A DNA stretch of 64,000 bases from Eledone cirrhosa (lineage: Eukaryota): contig OZ024742.1 in NCBI GenBank assembly GCA_964016885.1, forward strand, positions 30,938,001 through 31,002,000, given 5' to 3'. A model generated the notes under the pieces. The model saw only the letters and a program-made list of their open reading frames with translations, ran no database searches and was not told the DNA's origin. The position numbers and the translations under genes are program-made. The stretch's first letter is position 1; each line of letters opens with the position of its first letter. Positions 57,068 through 64,000 of the stretch are shown piece by piece.

Positions 57068-57867
57068 ATATTGTTATGCTTTGGGAGGGTCATGTTGTCA
57101 ATAAGAAACACACGCACCAGTTGCTTTCACTTCAATTTATTATAAATTAAATTTATAAATTTAGGAATTTATAAATTTCCGGTTGGTAGGTTGGTTCCAC
57201 AATCAGACGATTATTCATATATTGTCAAAGTTCTTTCGTCACACATTCTGTGACCTCTTCAGTGACTGGGGATTCTTTTCTTTGTTTTTGTGCCTCTCCT
57301 TTGTTCTGTCCTACGCCATCTTGTTTTTGTGTGTGTTGTGTGCTTAGTTTGCGTATGTGTTACATCCAGGTGTCTGTGTTACATCCATGTGTTTGCGTAG
57401 GTTGTTTGTTCTATGTGTGTGTGTGTTTTCATTTTGTCCTTAATTGTAAGTTGTGATGTTGCTGTTCCATTCAGCAACATCACAACTTACAATTAAGGAC
57501 AAAATGAAAACACACACACATAGAACAAACAACCAACCAGTAACATGTAAATAAACAAATAAATAAACAAATATAAACACACACAGACACCCGGATGTAA
57601 CACATGCACAAACTAAGCACACAACACACACAAAAACAAGATGGCGTAGGACAGCACAAAGGAGAGGCACAAAAACAAAGAAAAGAATCCCCAGTCACTG
57701 AAGAGGTCACAGAATGTGTGACGAAAGAACTTTGACAATATATGAACAATCGTCTGGTTGTGGAACCAACCAACCTGTCCTAAATTTATAAATTTAATTT
57801 ATAATAAATTGAAGTGAAACAACTGGTGCGTGTGTTTCTTATTGGCAACATGACCCTCCCAAAGCAT

Positions 57868-57875
<8 letters not shown>
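57068..57875. repeat. Large fold-back (~400-bp arms, 7-nt spacer) with a hammerhead fold in each arm
   Basis: Centre gatgttgctg-ttccatt-cagcaacatc. Plus copy gtca-CTGAAGA-g-GTCAC-agaatgt-GTGAC-GAAA-GAAC-TT-tgac at 57694-57736; mirror at 57224-57266. Confidence 0.9.
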
Positions 57876-57946
<71 letters not shown>

Positions 57947-57947
<1 letters not shown>

Positions 57948-60773
57948 GATCATCATCATAATTTTACGTCCGCTTTTCCCTGCTTTCAAGGGTGGGGCGG
58001 GTCTTATTCAGCACAGCATCTCTCCACTTGTCACGGTCCTTCGTCATCTCCATGGTGAGTTTCAGCGATCTGAGGTCTGTTCTCACCACCTCCGCCCATG
58101 TTTTTCGTGGTCTACCTCTACCACGTCTTCCTTCAACTGGCATTTCCTGGAACTTCTTCACCCATCGGTCATCCTCCATGCGCATCACATGTCCATACCA
58201 CCGCAGTCTCCTCTCTCGCACACTACATTCTATCCCACCCAGACGCAGTTTCTCTCTCAACACATACATGCTGGGTCGTTCACGCACATTGACATTTCAC
58301 ATCCAACGGAGCATGCTTGCCTAATTTCTCTCCAGCCGTCGCATATCCTCTGCAGTTGCTGCCCAAGTCTCACTCCCATGCAGCATCGCGCTCCTCACAC
58401 AGGCATCATATAACCGGCCTTTCGTACGCAGGGGGAAACCCTTCTTCGTCAGCAGAGGAAGAAGCTCCCTAAACTTCTTCCAACCCGTCCTTATTCTAGA
58501 TACTATGGCCTCGGAATACCCCCCCCCCCATGCTAATCTGATCTCCGAGGTACCGGAAGCTATCCACCACTTCTATAGCACCCGCCTGCATTTGAGAAAT
58601 GCGTCTATCAATGCGATTTTTACTGTCTAATCTCCCTGTACATCTACTGCATACGTATTTCTCCCTACCTGTTAGTTTGCCTGCTATCCCGCTACATCTC
58701 TTGTGTACACAGGATCTGCATTGTGTGCATTTTATAGAATTTATGCCAGTTTCTTTTCTACATATCGAACATGACCATTTCCCTGACGGAATCAGAGTTT
58801 TGTCCTCTTTTCTTACATCAACACCTTTGTCTTAGCTAGGTTCACTCTCAGTCCTCTTGCTTCTAACTGCTGTTTCCATAGCCAGAATTTATTCTCTAGC
58901 TCCTCTACTGATTCTGCTATAAGAACCAGATCGTCAGCATAGAGAAGTTCCCATGGAGAGCCAGTCTTAAACTCCTCTGTTATGGCTTGGAGGACTATAA
59001 TGAACAAGAGCGGGCTGAGGACCGAACCTTGATGTACTCCTACTTGTATCTGAAATTCCTCACTAAACTCCATTCCTACCCTGACTTTACTGACAGCACC
59101 TCTGTACAAAGTTTGCACTGTCCTCACAAGCCATTCCTCAACACCTAGTTTCCTTAGGGACCACCGGATGACAGATCGGGGTACCCTATCAAAGGCCTTC
59201 TCTAGGTCAACAAAGGCTAAGTATAGTGGCTTATTCTTCTCTAAGAACCTATCTTGTAATTGTCTCACCAAGAAGAGGGCATCTGTTGTACTTTTCCCAG
59301 ACACAAAACCAAACTGCATCTCATCTAGTTTGACCCTTTCTCTAATTAGTTGTGCTAATATCCTTTCTGCCACTTTCATAACCTGATCCATCAGTTTTAT
59401 ACCCCTATAATTGCTCCTCTCCAGAGCACTCCTTTACCTTTGTAGCAATTTATGAGAATACTGCTGCATCAGTATTTGGGTATGACACCGCCTGATTGAT
59501 GATGCGTGCAACCAGTTTAGTGCTTATGTCCCCTGATGCCTTCAGCATCTCAGCAACTATCCCCGACGGTCCAGTAGCCTTACCATTTTTCATTTCCTTA
59601 ATCGCCTCTTGGACTCTATATTCGTCAATCTCAATAGCTGGTCCCTCTGTCGGATCTACTGAGGGTAATTTCTCTCTCTCCCATTCGTTCTCCACATTCA
59701 TCAGTCTTTCATAATGACATTTCCAGGCCCCCTTTCTCCTATCATTTGTGACACTAAGCACACCGGCATCATTCCGGACACATTTATCTCCAACAACATC
59801 CTGATTTGCATTGACACACTGCCTTGCAATGTGGAACACCGCACGCCTCTGATCTTCCCGTCGCAGAACATTGGCAAACCTCCTACTCTCAGCCTCCCTG
59901 TGTGCTAAGTACACCTGACGTCTAGCTTCTCTCTTAGCGGCTGTATATCCTTCTCTACTCCCACCCTTTTTACAAGCCTTCCATGCTAGTCTTTTGTCTC
60001 TAATGGCCCTATCTACTGTGCTGTTCCACCACCAGGTCACTCTCTGTCTGGTTGGAGCTCTGCTCCAGCCACAAGTTTCATCAGTAGCCTGCAATAAGTT
60101 GTCACGTAAGAAATTCCAGTTATTATCTGTCATACGACTCTAAATCGTCTTCTTTTTCGTCATACACATCTTGAAGGGCTTTCCTAAATTTGTATTTTAG
60201 TGAAAGGTCTTTTAGCTTCCAGACCTTTCTTCTTCACACCTTCCTGTATGTCTCATTCCATCTCTTGCTTACTGAGATATCACTAACGACCAACCTATGC
60301 TGTGGGGTACATTCTTCCCCAGGGTATGCCTCGGTATTTGACACCATTTGTCTGTTAAACTGTCTAACTAGTAAGAAGTCAATCTGGCTTATGTGCTCGC
60401 CTGATTTGTAGGTTATTAGGTGGTTGGCAGGTGGTGTCTGGAAGTTAGTGTTGCAAATGGTCAGTGTACTTGCATCACAAAATTCAAGAAGACTCACTCC
60501 TTCATTTCTTGAGCCGTAACCGCGCCCACCATGTACCCCAGTGTAACCATCCTGGAGCTGTCCAACATGACCATTGAAGTCCCCTGCTAGCATAACGATG
60601 TCTCCGTCCTCTGTCATTGCGGCTGTTTGTAATAGTTGCTCGTAAAAGCAGTCTTTCTCTCCTTTACCTAGGCCTGCTTCAGGAGCATAGGCAGAGATGA
60701 TTGTCAGTAGTCTCCTGCCTACAACTAATCTAAGCTTAATTATTCGATTATTAACTCGAACTACCTCTATTGT

Positions 60774-60775
<2 letters not shown>
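57947..60775 (-). mobile_element. Long RTE LINE: partial APE endonuclease, RT and PHD-like finger, frameshifted
   Basis: ISAYAP...AGDFNGHVG...SQIDFLL...QHRLVV (APE); FVDLEKAFDRVPR, GVHQGSVLSPLLF, LLYADDL (RT); (GAT)n tail. Confidence 0.95.
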
Positions 60776-60832
<57 letters not shown>

Positions 60833-60856
60833 GTTTGTATATGTATAATAAAGCCA

Positions 60857-60967
<111 letters not shown>

Positions 60968-60980
60968 ATACATTATATAT

Positions 60981-61812
<832 letters not shown>

Positions 61813-61848
61813 GTATGGTGAACTAACTGTTATGTAACTACTTATATG

Positions 61849-61939
<91 letters not shown>

Positions 61940-61954
61940 GTAATAATAATAAAT

Positions 61955-63720
<1,766 letters not shown>

Positions 63721-64000
63721 CAAACATATAGTCTCTGTAGGGAACATAACCCATGTATTGTTTTACACTAGTGACCGAGATAAATCACACCAAAAAAAAA
63801 GTATGGAAACACATACGGCACAAAAAATATTGAACAAGAGAAAAACACAACTTCACAAATGAATTCCACAAATCAAGCAATTGAGAACTACAAAAACAAC
63901 AACAACAACAACAACAACGACAACAATGAAAACAACAACAACAGCAACAATGATGACAACAACACCAACAGTAGCAACAGTAATGACAACAACACCAACA

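Overview
AT-rich, repeat-dominated eukaryotic genomic DNA. The RTE LINEs, Nin/Deu-type tRNA-SINEs, Penelope-like elements and multi-kb (TA)n tracts suggest a coleoid cephalopod such as Octopus; this is inferred from the repeat landscape only. One complete host gene was reconstructed by hand: LZIC on the minus strand, with 5 coding exons (33103-33003, 31735-31600, 29163-29065, 24924-24747, 23223-23168; 570 nt, 189 aa, all GT-AG). Weak candidate exons of an unidentified plus-strand gene lie near the window start. The remainder is transposon debris: RTE LINEs with a PHD-like finger, CR1/L2-like 3' ends, Penelope GIY-YIG fragments, an [17 protein letters not shown] Helitron, a decayed 2.06-kb hAT, piggyBac- and Tc1/mariner-type MITEs, SINEs and minisatellites. 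The main signal that the ORF track does not show is about 14 loci carrying type I hammerhead-ribozyme folds (CUGANGA...GAAA...NUH) from several unrelated families. Many sit inside fold-back inverted repeats next to (TA)n tracts, two are in sense orientation to LZIC (one intronic, one just 3' of the gene), and one family has a fixed non-canonical CAGAAGA core. Almost all long ORFs in the track are microsatellite artefacts.
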